The notes beneath the pieces were generated by a model. That model did no database searches. It worked only from the letters and a program-made list of their open reading frames with translations, and was not told where the DNA came from. The position numbers and the translations under genes were made by a program. DNA of 64,000 nt, taken from assembly GCA_951406725.2 (NCBI GenBank), contig OX597814.1, forward strand, positions 9,920,001 to 9,984,000. The letters are read 5' to 3'. Below, one piece after another: positions 27,420-43,033 of this stretch; position 1 is the first letter of the stretch; the number at the start of each line of letters is the position of its first letter. The DNA is from Octopus vulgaris. Taxonomy: Eukaryota.

Positions 27420-27747
27420 CTAGTAGTAGTAGTAGTGGCAGCAGCTGCAGTAGTATTAGTATTAGTAGTAGTAGTAGTAGTAGTGCGATTTACTTGCTGC
27501 CTACGGTGCAGTACTGCGTCCGTCCGTACAAGCAAGAGACGGACCAATCTACCCAAGCATCCATTTATCTATGCATACAGACATTCATTCATCTATCCAT
27601 CGCTCCTGCCAGAAAACCAGCAAGCCAGCCATTCAACCTCACATTCAACCAACAAGTCAACCATTCGTCTGACTAACCATTCAAACAACCACACAGCCAT
27701 AAAATCCATCCATCCATCCATCTTTCTATTCATCCAGCCTACTGTTG

Positions 27748-27941
<194 letters not shown>

Positions 27942-28057
27942 TTATATGCCTGTCTGTCTACCCATCCATTCATCCATACTATCTATCAGCTATCCATCGA
28001 TCCCTCAATCAATCAATCAATCAATCAATCAATCTATCTGTCTATCTATCTATATAT

Positions 28058-28472
28058 AGGCGGCGAGCTGGTAGAAATGTTAGCACGCCGGGCGAAATGC
28101 TTAGCAGTATTTCGTCTGCCGTTACGTTCTGAGTTCAAATTCCACCGAGGTCGTTTTTGCCTTTCATCCTTTCGGGGTCGATAAATTAAGTACCAGTTAC
28201 GCACTGGGGTCGATGTAATCGACTTAATCCGTTCGTCTGTCCTTGTTTGTCCCCTCTGTGTTTAGCCCCTTGTGGATAGTAAAGAAATAGGTACTTCATC
28301 TATCTTTACGTTCTGAGTTCAAATTCCGCCGAGGTCACCTTTGCCTTTCATCCTTTCGGGGTCGATTAAATAAGTACCAGTTACGCACTGGGGTAGATGT
28401 AATTGACTTAATCCCTTTGTCTGTCCTTGTTTTTTCCCACTATGTTTAGCCCCCTGTGGGCAATAAAGAGAT
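28058..28472 (+). mobile_element. SINE family B, partial-dimer form
   Basis: Full head, then the unit restarts after AAAGAAATAGGT. Ends GCAATAAAGAGA followed by (TATC)n. Confidence 0.92.
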
Positions 28473-28474
28473 TA

Positions 28475-28557
<83 letters not shown>

Positions 28558-29268
28558 CGGCCAGCCAGCCACCCAGCCAGCCAACCAGCCAACCAGCCAG
28601 CCAGCCAGCCAGCCACTCATCTAGTCAGATAACCAACAGTCTAACGATTCTAATTTCTGTTATTAAGTTCTGTTGGCCAATCATCACATGTACAAAAGTA
28701 GAACTCATTTGTGGCTGTTTAATTCTATTTCAGAACTGATTAAAGAAGACACACATAAAAAAAATATCATAACTAAAATAGAAGAATCGAGATAGAATAA
28801 CAACAACAACAACAACAACAAGAATTATACTAATAATGATAACAATAAAACACGAAAATATCTGCAAGTAAAACAAACAAAAATGGAAGAAAAATCTATA
28901 AAAGGCAAGCGCTGAGATAAACGTTTGCAACTCTGCTTTTTTTCTGAGTGTCCGGAATAAAAAAAAAAGACAAAACGAAAAAACTTCGCTTGTTCACCAA
29001 ATGACACGTACGCCACCAGACCCAGCACACGAGTGAATGTAAAGAGACGCAAATGTTGAAGCTAATCTTTGCTATCTGCGCACGCGCGTGTGTGTTTGCT
29101 CAGCGCTTTGGGACGACGTCGAAGCGCTTCCGACAGACGCGTTTGCAGGCGGGCGCGAACAAGTCGAAGCGTTACGACCGAAGTTGATCGCAGTCACACA
29201 ATCGCTTCTTGTTTTCCTTTGGGGTCATTATTGCAGTGTCTTCACTCACACACAAGCACACACACACA

Positions 29269-29338
<70 letters not shown>

Positions 29339-29553
29339 CAAACACACACACACTCACACATACACGCGCACACAGCAATATCTAGTTATGCATTATGTAT
29401 ATATACGTATATATGTGTGTATGTATATATGTATATCTCTATGTATCAACATATAAATGTATGTATGTATGTACGTACGTACGTATGTATATATGAATAT
29501 ATGTATGTATGCATGTATGTATGCTTGTATGTATGTATGTGTCTATCCATCGT

Positions 29554-29622
<69 letters not shown>

Positions 29623-30860
29623 GTATCTATCTATCTACGTATCTATCTATAAAAGTATATATACGTATGTGTTCGGGCGTACGCATATGCATGTGTTTGT
29701 GTGAGTTATATACGGATATTTACATGCTCTTATATAAGCACACAGACATACACACATATATGCTTGTATATACATAAAATTTTATAATGATATTACAAGT
29801 ATTTAATGCATGAGAACACATCTATCGCAGTCACACACGCGTATATAGTTTTGTTTATAAATATACGTGTGTGTATGTGCTTGTGTGTGTGCGTAGCGCC
29901 TGTGCGTGTGTTTGCGTTTACGCACCTCGTACACACGGTGATGTGAACCATAGCGCTTCAGCCGTCAAAAGTCCCAGTTACATTCGAAGTAGCACGCACA
30001 GGTTTTGTAAAGCATGCTTCACTGTCTCAAATCACGTAGTTGGACATGCAGATATGAAAGTGTAAAGATTTCAACTTCCTTGTTACGAACAAGATTCATA
30101 TTTCGTTTTTGTCTGTCATTCGTCTGTTTCATTTTTTGTCTTCTTTTTTTTTTCTTTTAAAGAGATGTGAAGTGAGAGAGAAGGTTAATAGAGAGAAATA
30201 TATCGCAGGGTCTGATGTTCAATTGACAACAAATATAAATAATTTAATAAATGGATGAAAAACAAATAAAAACAAATGCTACTTAATGAAAGCTAACGGT
30301 CGACATCTTGTAAAGTTACTTTAACTTCAACTGGATGAGCAGACGACATTTGAACTTAATAGCAGATTTCGAAAAAATAACAATAAACATTTTTTTTTGC
30401 ATAATAATATTTTTATATAATTATTATTGATTATATTTCTTATTTAATTCCTTTATTTATTCAATTATGTGTTCCTCGGGGGAATATTTCGGTGTGTGCG
30501 TGTGTGTGTGTGTATGTGTGTGTGTGCGTACATGTGCGATTCTGTGCGTGTGTGGTTGGAAATCTTAGCCATTTATACGATGTAATGTGATAAAGTAGAA
30601 ATGACATTCATGTGATTTGTATTGCTAGTGACAAATATGTTTAGCAGTTGAAGTGATAAGGAAAAAAATAAAATTACTAGCTTAACTGAGTTCCGAAACA
30701 AGCCGAATGCTCTCGAGATTATCTGAATCTGTTAAACAAAAAAAAGATATGCATAGACTATTATAAAAATATATCATTGTGAATCAAAAGGACATATACA
30801 TACATACATACATACACACATACATGCATACACATACATTCATACACATTATGCATATTC

Positions 30861-30932
<72 letters not shown>

Positions 30933-31160
30933 CTAGATATAAATATCTACATATATATACATACATACATACATACGTACGTACATACGTACATACGTAC
31001 ATACATACATACATACATACATACATACATACATACATACATACATACATACATACATACATACATACATACATACATACATACATACATACATACATAC
31101 ATACATACATACATACATACATACATACATACATACATACATACATGCATACATACATAC

Positions 31161-31575
31161 ATAGTGTCCCAAATTTAAGGCAACTAACTTTTTGCAATTT
31201 TGCCAAAGCAAAATATTGTTATATTTTAGGTCCAAGCGTTGCAATGCAATGGTAAAGGAGACACAATTATGACACTGCCTAATTTATTCGATATGACCAC
31301 CTCTATTTCAAATCACAGCGTTAAATCTAGGTGCAAACGCTTCACATGCGACACACAGCTGTTCTTGAAGAATCGAAGCTCATTTCTGGTGCAGCTTTGC
31401 CTTCAGGGTGTCGGACAAAGCATGAGGAGTGCTTGAGACCCTCGTCTCCAAAATGAACCAAACAGAAAAATCCAACGGGTTCAGATTTGGGCTCCTTGAG
31501 GGCCATACATCCTTGCCTTTGAACGACGGAATATTTTTCTGAATCCACTGACTGTGGATTTTGACGTCGATTTAC
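31161..31575 (-). pseudogene. maT/mariner-like transposase 3' part with terminal sequence
   Basis: Minus frame QWIQKNIPSFKGKDVWPSRSPNLNPLDFSVWFILE...LKAKL...*NRGGHIE*, with in-frame stops. Confidence 0.85.
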
Positions 31576-31599
31576 GAAAAGAATATATATATATATATG

Positions 31600-32347
<748 letters not shown>

Positions 32348-33583
32348 CTAAAATATTAGTCAAGCCTTGAGGGGTGATATAATAGAACGTTCATTAACCA
32401 CAAATCGGAAGCCTTGTGATAGAAGTAATCTCTTATTGGTTAATGTAAATCTAGTGGTGAATGTCCATACCTAGTTGAAGTCTAGTAATCTGTTTTGTAA
32501 TTTTGAAAAAATTAATATAAATGGAAAACTCGGTGTATCTCTCATTATTTTTTTTTTACAAGGCTGGACATAATTTGTTCATGCGAACTATCTTTTCTCT
32601 GCCAAGTTATCTATTGTAAATTGTGTACATCAAAGCACACGTCTACGGTCACTATTATTCACTATCATACTTTCTGGCATAAACACACAGGTATTTCACT
32701 CAGAACTGTTGAAGATATTGACACATTTTAGGATGAACTAAATCTAGACCTATCAATGGGCAAATGAGAATAAGATGATTAGGCACTACCCTGATTAACA
32801 ATTACAACCTTTGATGAGACTTAGAAATAGTAATCTCAAAAAAGCAAAAAAAAAAAAAAGGCATATTTCATCAGACATTCAAATGTCCTGATTTCTGGAT
32901 GGTGACATACCTTAAGATGGATCCTATGATTTTTGTCTACGGGAGAATGAGTAGAAATTATCAATTAATTGAAAATCTTAGTTTTGAATACATTAAACTA
33001 TTCTTCACGGTTATCATCTTCAACACACCCAGTATTAATTTACAGTATTAATTTAATTGATGTGTCATAGAGAACGCTTACAAATAAAATAACCTCAGTT
33101 AAAAGAAAACGCCTCGAAGTATTCTGTGTTTACTCCTTTTAACGATGGCTTGTTAATCATCTATGGAAGATCCTGAAAAACCATAGATCAATTTTTGGTA
33201 ATGAAGAAAACTTTATTGCACTAAATAGTGGACAATGCTACCTTCTGCATATACTACCTTCGCTTCAGAAAGTCGTTGCTGTACCTAATACCGACTTTGT
33301 AGAGTGCAAATTATTATATATTCAATATTCAATTAACTTACAAATATGTATTTGGCATACATGATTTCAGACAGCAGATATGTATTAATATATATTGGCA
33401 GCAAGCTTCAGAAAATTTCTGGATAAATCTATCTGCATGGAAAATATAGCCCTCACTGATGATGGCTGCTGAGCACACCACTACTACACCACAGACTCAC
33501 AGACAAACACACAGATACACCCTCACACATACGTACACACAAAGGAACACATACATGCAGAAACAAACATACACACACACGCG

Positions 33584-33614
<31 letters not shown>

Positions 33615-34717
33615 GTCGAGTCGTCAAAACTGTAGATTAAAGCATTTGATGCATGTTTAAACTCCATATTAAACGTTCCTTGTCCGTTCTCTGTTTTCTT
33701 TTCTACCAAACAGTTGTGTGATCTTCAGAGATGTTCTTACCTTAACAAAATAACTACAAAGTTTAAATCGATATTTCATTCAGTTCATGCGATCCATATC
33801 TTTATTCCTTTGAAATGGTGACCAAACAAAAGCCGTGTTGTGCTTGCACGGTAGTATCTCATAGTTTCGCTTCATGAAACTAACCAACGAAGCAAGTCAC
33901 GAGTCCAGTTTACTGAAACAGAATCAGAAACTAGACCACCTCTAAATAGGTACTTTCACTTTCGCTTTTTCAATATTGCTTTTCTGACATCTATTCTGTT
34001 CTCCATATCTATCCTGTAAACTAATGTACAGCTCCAAAACTTTAAACTTGTTCTTGACTATTTATCAAGCACTTGGTGGTATTATGCATAAGATTAGATC
34101 GGTGGGAAAGTGTTGCGTTCAACACATATATATCGAAATACCACATACAAACACATGTGTACATATATACTCATACAACTTACGCACATATGAGAAAAAC
34201 AAAAGAGATAAAGCATAAATGAAAGGGGATCATCATGGAAGAAGATGATATAGCATGAAAATGATTGAGAGGGTGCCTACTGTAGCAAAAAACCCATTCA
34301 CATGAATGAACGAGTGAGTAATGTTTGGTTGTTCGTAGGGATTCACAGCCATATTGTAAACTAGAGATAACGTATAAAATTACTAATGTGCCGTCAGAAT
34401 TCAATATTTCATTCTTCATCTAAAACGATTTCAACCCGACCTAATGAGGAATACTAATCGACACGCAGATGCACATCTTGGTACGAGTAAGACGGACGAA
34501 AAGAACGAAAGGAGGAGGAAAAAAAATGGAATGAAATGTATATATAGAAAAAAAATCTATCGTTAGAGAATGGAGATATTCTGAAGGGGAAAAAATTGTA
34601 AAAGAACGTAAATATTTATGGATAAAAAATATAACAAGAAACGTGTTTTGTAAAACAAAACGGAGAGAAAGAATCTAGCAACAGGACATGAGAGACTTAT
34701 AGACTAGAGAAGAATAT

Positions 34718-34765
<48 letters not shown>

Positions 34766-36040
34766 GAATGTATGTATGTATATATATCGGTGAGATTTGA
34801 AAGGAATAAGTGATAAAAAACAAAAATAAAAAATACATAGCAGTCATATGAAAAACAGATAGTCTTACATATATATTTATACACATATATATAATGAGGA
34901 AATGCAATGATTAAAGATATATGTGAAAACAGAACTAATAGATGGTCCTAGATGGGAAGCCATTAGCTCGAAATGTTTTGAGGGATAAAATATTAAGGAC
35001 CTGAGAAAAAATGTAAAGGAAAAAAATAATATGCCGTAATGAATATCAGCTTCTTATAGAGACATTTCGAAGAGTATGTCAGAGTGTGGGTATCTGTTCC
35101 TGATCAAAAAAATGAGAATATTCTGCCATTTTTTTTTGCTTATTCTTACTATATTTTATCTTATATTTTAGATTTTATGGTATCATCGATCAGAGAAATG
35201 GGAAAAGGGATAATAAAAAAGAAAACAAAAAAAGCTGCTCATTATCCATTATAAGCTGCAAATAAATAAATAATAAATATTGGAAATACGATATGAATAT
35301 GTGTGAAAGTGAGATTGTGAGTAGATATGAATAGAAAAAACCCCAAATAAGCAAAAAGCAAATAAATAAAAAAATACAGACCTTCGTGGGAGGGTTGAGC
35401 CAATAAGGCAGCATATATGTGGTCGCACGATCTGTTAGAAATAGCAGCTAAATACCATTCAAAAAATACATTATATTCTATAAGAAAGGAAAGGATATTG
35501 TGCAAAGTGTAAGTTGAGATCAGCTATTGGGAATTGAAGTAATGACCTCTTTTTTCTTTAGTCACAATGTATCTAGGACTACATTATTCAATGTGCCATT
35601 CGAATTTCTTTGAAGACGGTGGAGTGCCAAGGTGGGTAATTCGGTTGCTACTTGCAGAACATTTATCAATGCTTCGTAACCATTTTTTACCCCTGCCACC
35701 TCCCCTTTATGATTCCTATCTTACTTGATTGGATCCTCACATCTATTCGATTTTTTAAAAAATCTATATTTTTTATAAGTAAATATTATTAGGAACTTCA
35801 GAAAAAATCCTGGATATACATTGTGTATTGTAGAAGTATAAGCAATTTATTGCAGATACATTTTAACAACACCACCTTTCATGGATCCCCGAGGTTCATG
35901 TGAATCCTGGTTGAGAGTTACTGACGGAGAGGTTTTCTATAAATAAATAAATAAACAAATAGATAAATATATATATATGTGTGCGCATGTATGTATATAT
36001 ATATATTATATGTACCGGTAGATATAATATGTGACAATTA

Positions 36041-36124
36041 TTCGGTAGCCATGATAAGACTCCGAGTTTCTGATGTCGAGGCGGAAACTCACTCCGCCAT
36101 CTCTTCAGTTATCCGGCCATCGAA
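36041..36124 (-). ncRNA. Type I hammerhead ribozyme motif with extended helix I, in a ~125 bp (TA)n-flanked insert
   Basis: ttcgatggccg-gataa-CTGAAGA-GATG(GCGGA..TCCGC)..CATC-A-GAAA-CTC g GAG-TC-ttatc-atggctaccgaa: canonical core, GUC site, perfect proximal helix I. Confidence 0.8.
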
Positions 36125-36257
36125 AAATGCTCCTATGTATATGTATATATATATATGTTTAACATTATATACGTATATATATATGTGTGTGTGTGTATAT
36201 ATAGATATGTATATATAAATATATATACATATAGCATAATACACACACACACAAACA

Positions 36258-36312
<55 letters not shown>

Positions 36313-36439
36313 TTTGAAAAGTAACTGTTTCATGTGTATTTTCTCTTAATCATTCTCCTGTCGACTATTATCCATCTTTCAATGCACCTGTGTAGTTAAC
36401 AGCCATACTTTACTATTATGAATTTTATTAAAATACTAG

Positions 36440-36830
36440 CAGTGGTTGTGTGCTAAGAAGTTAGATTTTTAACCATACGGTTTCGGGTTCAATTTCTCTG
36501 CGTGGCACGTTGGTCAAGTGTCTTCTACCATAGCTTCAGTTCGATCCAAAGCCTTGTGAATGGACTTCGTAGACGGAAAATAAAAATAAAGAAAAAGAAA
36601 TATATGTATATATATCTATGTGTCTTTGTCTTTGTGATTATTCCGTATCACTGCTTGAAGACCGGTGTTGGTTTGTTTATGTTCCCGTAATATAGCGGCT
36701 CGATAATAGAATGATAGAATATGTACCAGGCTTAAAATCAAATTAGTGCTGGGTCGATTCGTTCGACTAAACCCTTCAAGGTAGTGCCCTCGCGTGGCCA
36801 CAGTCCAGTAACTGAAAACAATCAAAAGAT
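36440..36830 (+). mobile_element. SINE family A, diverged
   Basis: GGGTTCAAT B box, AAGTGTCTTCTAC, tail GTGGCCACAGTCCAGTAACTGAAA. Confidence 0.8.
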
Positions 36831-36869
36831 AAAATATTAATGATCCAACTTCTATCATTGTAATAATAA

Positions 36870-37579
36870 TAATCCTTTCTTCTACAGGCACAAAGCATGA
36901 AATTTCGGAGAAGCGACTGGTTGATTACATCAACACGAGTGCATAACTGGTATTTATTTCATCGACCGCGAAAGGATGAAAAGCAAAGTCGATCCCGGCG
37001 GAATTTGAACTCAGAACGTAAGGACGATCGAAATACCGCTAGGCATTTTGTCGGCCGCACTAACAATTCTACCAGCTCGCCATCTTAATACTAATAAATA
37101 TCCTTTCTATTATAGGCACAAGGCCTAGAATTTGAGGGGAGGGGCTTAGTCGATTACATAAACTGGTACTTATTTTATAGACCCCCGAGAGGATGAAAAG
37201 CAAAGTCAACCCCGGCGGAATTTGAACTCAGAACGTAAGGACAGACGAAATCCGCTAAGCATTTCGCCTGGCGTGCTAAGGATTCTGCCGGCTTGCCGCC
37301 TTAAATAATACTTTCCACTAAAGGCACGAGGCCTAACATTTGGTGGGAGGGGACTAGTCGATTACATCGACCCTAGTATTTCACTGGTACTTAATTTATC
37401 GACCCAGAAAGGATGAAAGGCAAAATCAACCTCGGCGGAATTTGAACTCAGAACGTAAGGATGGACGAAATACCGCTTGGCATTTTTACACGTTGTGCCA
37501 ACGATTCTGTTCGCTCACAGCCTTAATAATAATAATAATAATAACAATAATAATAATAATAATAATAATAGTAGTAGTA

Positions 37580-37618
<39 letters not shown>

Positions 37619-37875
37619 GTAGTAATAATAATAATAATTATAATAATAATAATAATAATCCTTTCTACTAAAGTCACAAGGCCTGAACTTTTGGTGGATG
37701 GGACAGGTTGATAACATCGAACCCAGTATTTTACTGGTACTTAATTTATCGACCCTGAAAGGATGAACAGCTAAGTCGACCTCAGGGGAATTTGAACTTT
37801 GAACACGAAGACGGACGAAAAATCGCTAAGCATTTCGCGAGACGTGCTAACGATTCTGCCAGCTCGCCGCCTTAA
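36870..37875 (-). mobile_element. Four head-to-tail short SINE family B copies separated by (TAA)n
   Basis: Repeated CCTTTCT..AGGCACAAGGCC ... GGATGAAAGGCAAAGTC..CCTCGGCGGAATTTGAACTC ... GCCGCCTT. Confidence 0.85.
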
Positions 37876-38174
37876 AAATAATAAAAAGAATGCCTTATAT
37901 TTTCTAGTCTCTGCTTCAACGTTAACCGCTTTAAGCTTGTTCCTTAATATTTTCATTTTGAAGGAAAGGAGTTTCATGTTTTGTTCTGGAAACAACCACT
38001 TTTGAGAAAAATTCTTTCCCTTTCGTAGCTTCTGGTCATAAAGTTTCAATAAAAAAAAAAATGTGTTTTCAAAATTTCTAATTTAGCTTTAAATGTGTTG
38101 AACAGAATGAACTCAAAGCCACGTCGTTATTAAGTGAAGTTCTTAACCACATGTATCGTATATGTACATTCATT

Positions 38175-38390
38175 GGTTCCAAATTTTGGCAGAAAGGCCA
38201 AAATTTTCGAGGGAAGGGGTAAGCCGATTACACCGACCCTAGTGCTCCACTGGTACTTATTCTATCAACCCCGAAAGGACGAATGGCAAAATCGAAGTCA
38301 GCTGAATTCAAACTCAGAAAGAAAATACGGACAAACTCCCGCTAAGCTTTTTGCCCAAAGTGCTAGCGAGTCTGCCAGCTCACCGCCTTA
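38175..38390 (-). mobile_element. SINE family B, diverged
   Basis: TGGTACTTATT..CCCCGAAAGGA ... TGCCAGCTCACCGCCTT. Confidence 0.7.
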
Positions 38391-39116
38391 TTTTCTTTTG
38401 CTATATCAAAACTTCTGTCAGCATGGAACGACTTTTAGAGAGATGTTAACAGATCGGGTGGGGGAGCTGATAATGTCTTTGAATACGCAAGGAAATGTGC
38501 GTACATCTATGTGGAGGTTTGTATGTGAGTGAACGAATAGAGGTATAGATATAAAGTTCATCACCTTATATTTGTACCTCTATTAAACGATATATATTTC
38601 GATTAACTTATAAATAAATTGAAGAAAATACATTGGCAGACTTGTGCAATTTGAATTTCTCTTGCATAGATTTTTACCCCTTGCTTTGAGGAAATTTCTT
38701 TTTTGCTTTCAATTTTTTTAGTCATCAATCAAAAGTTTCTGAGATTGAAATCTGGAGAATCTTCTTCATTTTGACACTTTTTCCAAACGATTTTTCTGAC
38801 GTGATCTACAAAACAGAAAATTATAATACTTCATGAAAAAATTTAGTTTACTGTTCATTTTAAGTTTAGGACTTTAAAGTTGGATTTTGGGGTTGGGCTT
38901 AGAGCCTGGGTGGGGGAAGAGTTAGGGTTTAGACTTAAAGTTATATGCAGACGGAAAATAATTGATAAGAATTGAATTTGTTATTCCTTTTTACAGAAAA
39001 TCGTTATATTAAATGTTTAAGACTGAAATTCTAAAACATAAATGAATTAAAAATTTAAAACACGTTGGGAAAGATTTTGTTGCATAGGCATAAATAAATA
39101 AATAAATATTAAATAA

Positions 39117-39164
<48 letters not shown>

Positions 39165-39667
39165 TGTTTAGTAATTGGAATACAGTGGTGCTGAGAACCC
39201 CTTGAAGTGTTTAGACGAACAAATCTATCCAGCACTTCTTTTTTTTTGTTTAAGCCTAGTACTTATTATATTACAGAGACGTAAACAAACCATCACCGGG
39301 TGTCGAACGTTGCTGGGATATAAGTACAACCATAAAGCCACGCACACATAGACACACACACATACACACGAAAGAAACAGAACACACTCACACATACACA
39401 TACACAGAACACACACACATACACACACAGAGTACTTTAATTGTGAGATACTGAAACAGTATACCTCTGTTACAAATAATATAAGTGTTTTAAGCAATGA
39501 TTTTATGCAGAATTACTATTATTTAACGCAACAACTGAGTGTTTTATTTCCGAGGCAACACCGTGAACCCTTCTAATGTAATAAATACATTCTTGGCAGT
39601 TAATTTGATTAATAAAATACTTGTGCCTTAACAATGTTTCGCTTCAAAACTAAGCAGTATTACAGAA

Positions 39668-40045
39668 TGGATGGAAGCACTCCGTCGGTTACGACGACGA
39701 GGGTTCCGGTTGATCCGAATCAACGGAACAGCCTGCTCGTGAAATTAACGTGTAAGTGGCTGAGTACTCTACAGACACGTGCACCCTTAACGTAGTTCTC
39801 GGGGATATTCAGCGTGACACAGAGAGTGACAAGGCCGGCACTTTGAAATACAGGTACAACAGAAACAGGAAGTAAGAGTGAAAGAAAGTTGTGGTGAAAG
39901 AGTACAGCAGGGATCACCACCATCCCCTGCCGGAGCCTCGTGGAGCTTTAGGTGTTTTCGCTCAATAAACACTCACAACGCCCGGTCTGGGAATCGAAAC
40001 CGCGATCCTATGACCGCGAGTCCGCTGCCCTAACCACTGGGCCAG
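39668..40045 (-). mobile_element. tRNA-derived SINE family C, full length and young-looking
   Basis: Minus head TGGCCCAGTGGTTAGGGCAGCGGACTCGCGGTCATAGGATCGCGGTTTCGATTCCC (tRNA-like, A and B boxes). CpG-rich body. Confidence 0.88.
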
Positions 40046-40511
40046 AATATATGAATGAAATTTAACCAACAGCGTATGTATAAATAGTGGTATATATCTT
40101 TGTGGACAGTAAAAGACGGATAAGTCGCAAGAATTAAAATCATAAGTTAGGATTTCTTCCGCAACTGAGTACCATCTTTAATCATCACTGGAGACACTAT
40201 TTAAAATTCACTATTTATTAGGGGTCTAAAAAAATTGGATAGATCTTTTTTACGATGGTATTTGCTACAAAGTGCTCGCATCTCTCTATATATACAGTGT
40301 TGTCTAAAAATCTACAGATATATCTTGTAGTGTAGGAGAATATTGGCACAAAATACTGCTAAACCACTAGCAATATATATATATATATATTGTGATTATA
40401 TATATATATATTGTGATTATATGTATATATATTTGTGATTATATGTATATATGTGTGTATTGTGTGTGTGTGTATACTGTATACATATATACATAAGTAT
40501 GTTTGTACGTA

Positions 40512-40558
<47 letters not shown>

Positions 40559-40614
40559 GAATGTATATATGTATTTATATATATGTGTTTGCATTTATGT
40601 CTGCCTATAAGAAT

Positions 40615-40802
40615 TATATAAATATATTCCAATATAAAATACACAAACAAAAATAAAAAATGACAGAAAAAAAGTGAAGTAGAAATAAATCGTTGAAAAT
40701 AAAAAAGGAAGAGGAGGCAGGGAGGAAATCGAAACTGCGTCTCATAGTTAACACCCAAGAGCTTTCCCCACGAGCTAATGAGTTTCTAACATTGTTCACC
40801 CT
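40615..40802. repeat. ~190 bp dispersed repeat, inverted relative to 43395-43585
   Basis: TGAACAATGTTAGAAACTCATTAGCTCGTGGGGAAAGCTCTTGG..AACTATGAGACGCAGTTTCG is present at 43398 (plus) and at ~40798 (minus). Confidence 0.9.
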
Positions 40803-42164
40803 GCAAACATTTTATCTGATATTCGCTTATCGATCTTTTTTCCACACACACATACACATCTACACAGACATACACATACAAAGATATATACTCACATACA
40901 AATACAAATATACACGCACATATACACACACTCACACACACACCTATTCGTTTGGATATACAATCTGGGGAAAGAGTATTCCATATATGTAGTAAAGTTT
41001 ATTCATTCGTTCATTGTTTATGATTCACTCCGTCGCAAATATGATAAGCAAAGAAATAGCTTATCATATTTATGGCTGCGAGGGAAATATATATTTTTTA
41101 TCATTGACAAGAGATGTCTAGTAATGTTGGATGATACACTCCTGCCATAAGGGTTGGGAAGGATAGGATATATCATATCATGTACCTTTTATTATTTCTG
41201 CCATTTCGTAAAAAACAAACAAGAGCCAAGAAGCTCCATAAAATGGTGGCACTACGAAAAGACCTATCATCTGGATTAACAGGCCCTTATAGTAAAAATA
41301 TATCTACTATAGCTAGACGTTTTCTGTCATTGATATAAAAAATATTTCATTACTAGTCGTAAATATCATAAGCTCTTTAGTAAGAATAAGGTTAAAATTG
41401 GATACAGTTCCTTGGAAATCATGTTATGGTAGAATAAATAGGATTCAGCAACATAAGTCATAGAAATAGGAACAGTGAAAAACTAATTACTAATATACAA
41501 TTGAAGCAATATCATATCCTGCCAATTTAATGGCGGATGTACCATAAAGGCGCTAATGTATAAATCCTATTGTTGATTCAGGAGAACATAGTCCAAATCT
41601 GACATGTACAAAATCTTTATATCTTAAGATTCGAAGATAAAAACAACGTTGAAATGCTGAAAATATTCAGATCAATCTACTTTTTTTTTTCTCTGGTCAC
41701 AGAATGAAAAGGGTGTGGTTTAACCGCGGTGTCTAGTTTTCCCGGTGAGGTTAAAATAATTCTTACTAATAACACACGCTCGTATAGTTTATCATGTTTA
41801 TATTTACTTTATATTTCTGCAGCAATAGCCACAGGTTCAATAAACCATGACACTACCATAGCGTGCAAAAAGCATAAAAAATGAGGCAATAGATGTGATC
41901 TACCTGCAATAGATATCTTTTATTTGCAATAGTGTCAACAAAACTTGGCTATTTTATTAAGATCCCATTTTAAGCTACATTATTGTAAAAGATATATTAC
42001 TGACACGAACACCTCTCATTCACCAAATTCTCTAAACTAATGGTGATGCTGGAACACTAATATTGTGGCCCAACTAAATTACAACGAAGTCGCTAGAACT
42101 AGAAAAATGACGGAAAGAGCCTATGATAATGAAAAATATTATAATGAAAAATATTGTTTGCAAA

Positions 42165-42555
42165 TGTTGGCACAGGGCCAGCAAGCTGAGTGGAAGGGGT
42201 TAAGTCAACTACATCAACTCAAGGGCTCAACTTGTACCTATTTTTATCGACCTGAAAGGATGAAAGGAAAAGTCAACCTCAGCGAAATTTAAACTCAAAA
42301 CGTAAAGACTGACGAAATGCCACTAAATATTTTGCCCGTCGTGCTAACGATTCTGCCAGCTCGGCGCCTTATACTCTTTTACTTGTTTCAGTCATTTGAC
42401 TGCGGCAATGCTGGAGCACCGCCTTTAGTCGAACAAATCGACCCCAGGACTTATTCTTTGTAAGCCTAGTAGTTCTTCTATCGGTCTCTTTTGCCGAACT
42501 GCTAAGTTACGGGGACGTAAACACACCAGCATCTGTTGTCAAGCGATGTTGTGGG

Positions 42556-42588
<33 letters not shown>

Positions 42589-42803
42589 TAAACACACACA
42601 CACACATACACACCACACACACACATACACAAATATATACGATGGGCTTCTATCAGTTTCCGTTGATCAAATCCACTCACAAGGCTTTGGTCGGCCCGAA
42701 CCTATAGTAGAAGATACTTGCCCAAGGTGCCACGCAGTGGGACTGAACCCGGAACCATGTGGTTGGTAAGCAAGCTACTTACCACACAGCCACTCCTGCA
42801 CCT
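42165..42803 (-). mobile_element. SINE family B (42165-42371) abutting full-length SINE family A (42372-42803)
   Basis: Diagnostic heads and tails of both families. Confidence 0.9.
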
Positions 42804-43033
42804 AATTTAAGGGGCTTGTTCAAATTCTTTGTACGCAAAAAATATTCTATATTACTTAGTTACGTACTGTATCTCTCCATTCTCGAATCATACGAAGTAA
42901 AATACCATTCGTCTGTATCGATGAAGTAAGAGTACCAGCCAAGTACTGGGGTAGCTGTATTCATTTATTCTTTGAATCAAACTTCTGTAGACGTACATCC
43001 ATTATATTAGAAATCATTATTATATATAGTTAT

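Noticed and set aside
29930-30070. Unique stretch checked as a possible miRNA hairpin
   Set aside because: No match to conserved mature miRNAs I can recall and no convincing hairpin.
32640-32790. Possible LINE RT remnant (VEDIDTF..QWANENKM)
   Set aside because: Too short and frameshifted to call confidently by eye.
36870-37875. Regularly spaced repeats suggestive of a CRISPR array (also 22040-22550)
   Set aside because: The units are SINE copies or minisatellites without unique fixed-length spacers, the context is eukaryotic, and no cas genes are present.
40720-40790. Type II hammerhead reading (GAAACTGCGTC ... CTAATGA)
   Set aside because: Both copies have A at the essential G5 position and helix I does not pair in register.
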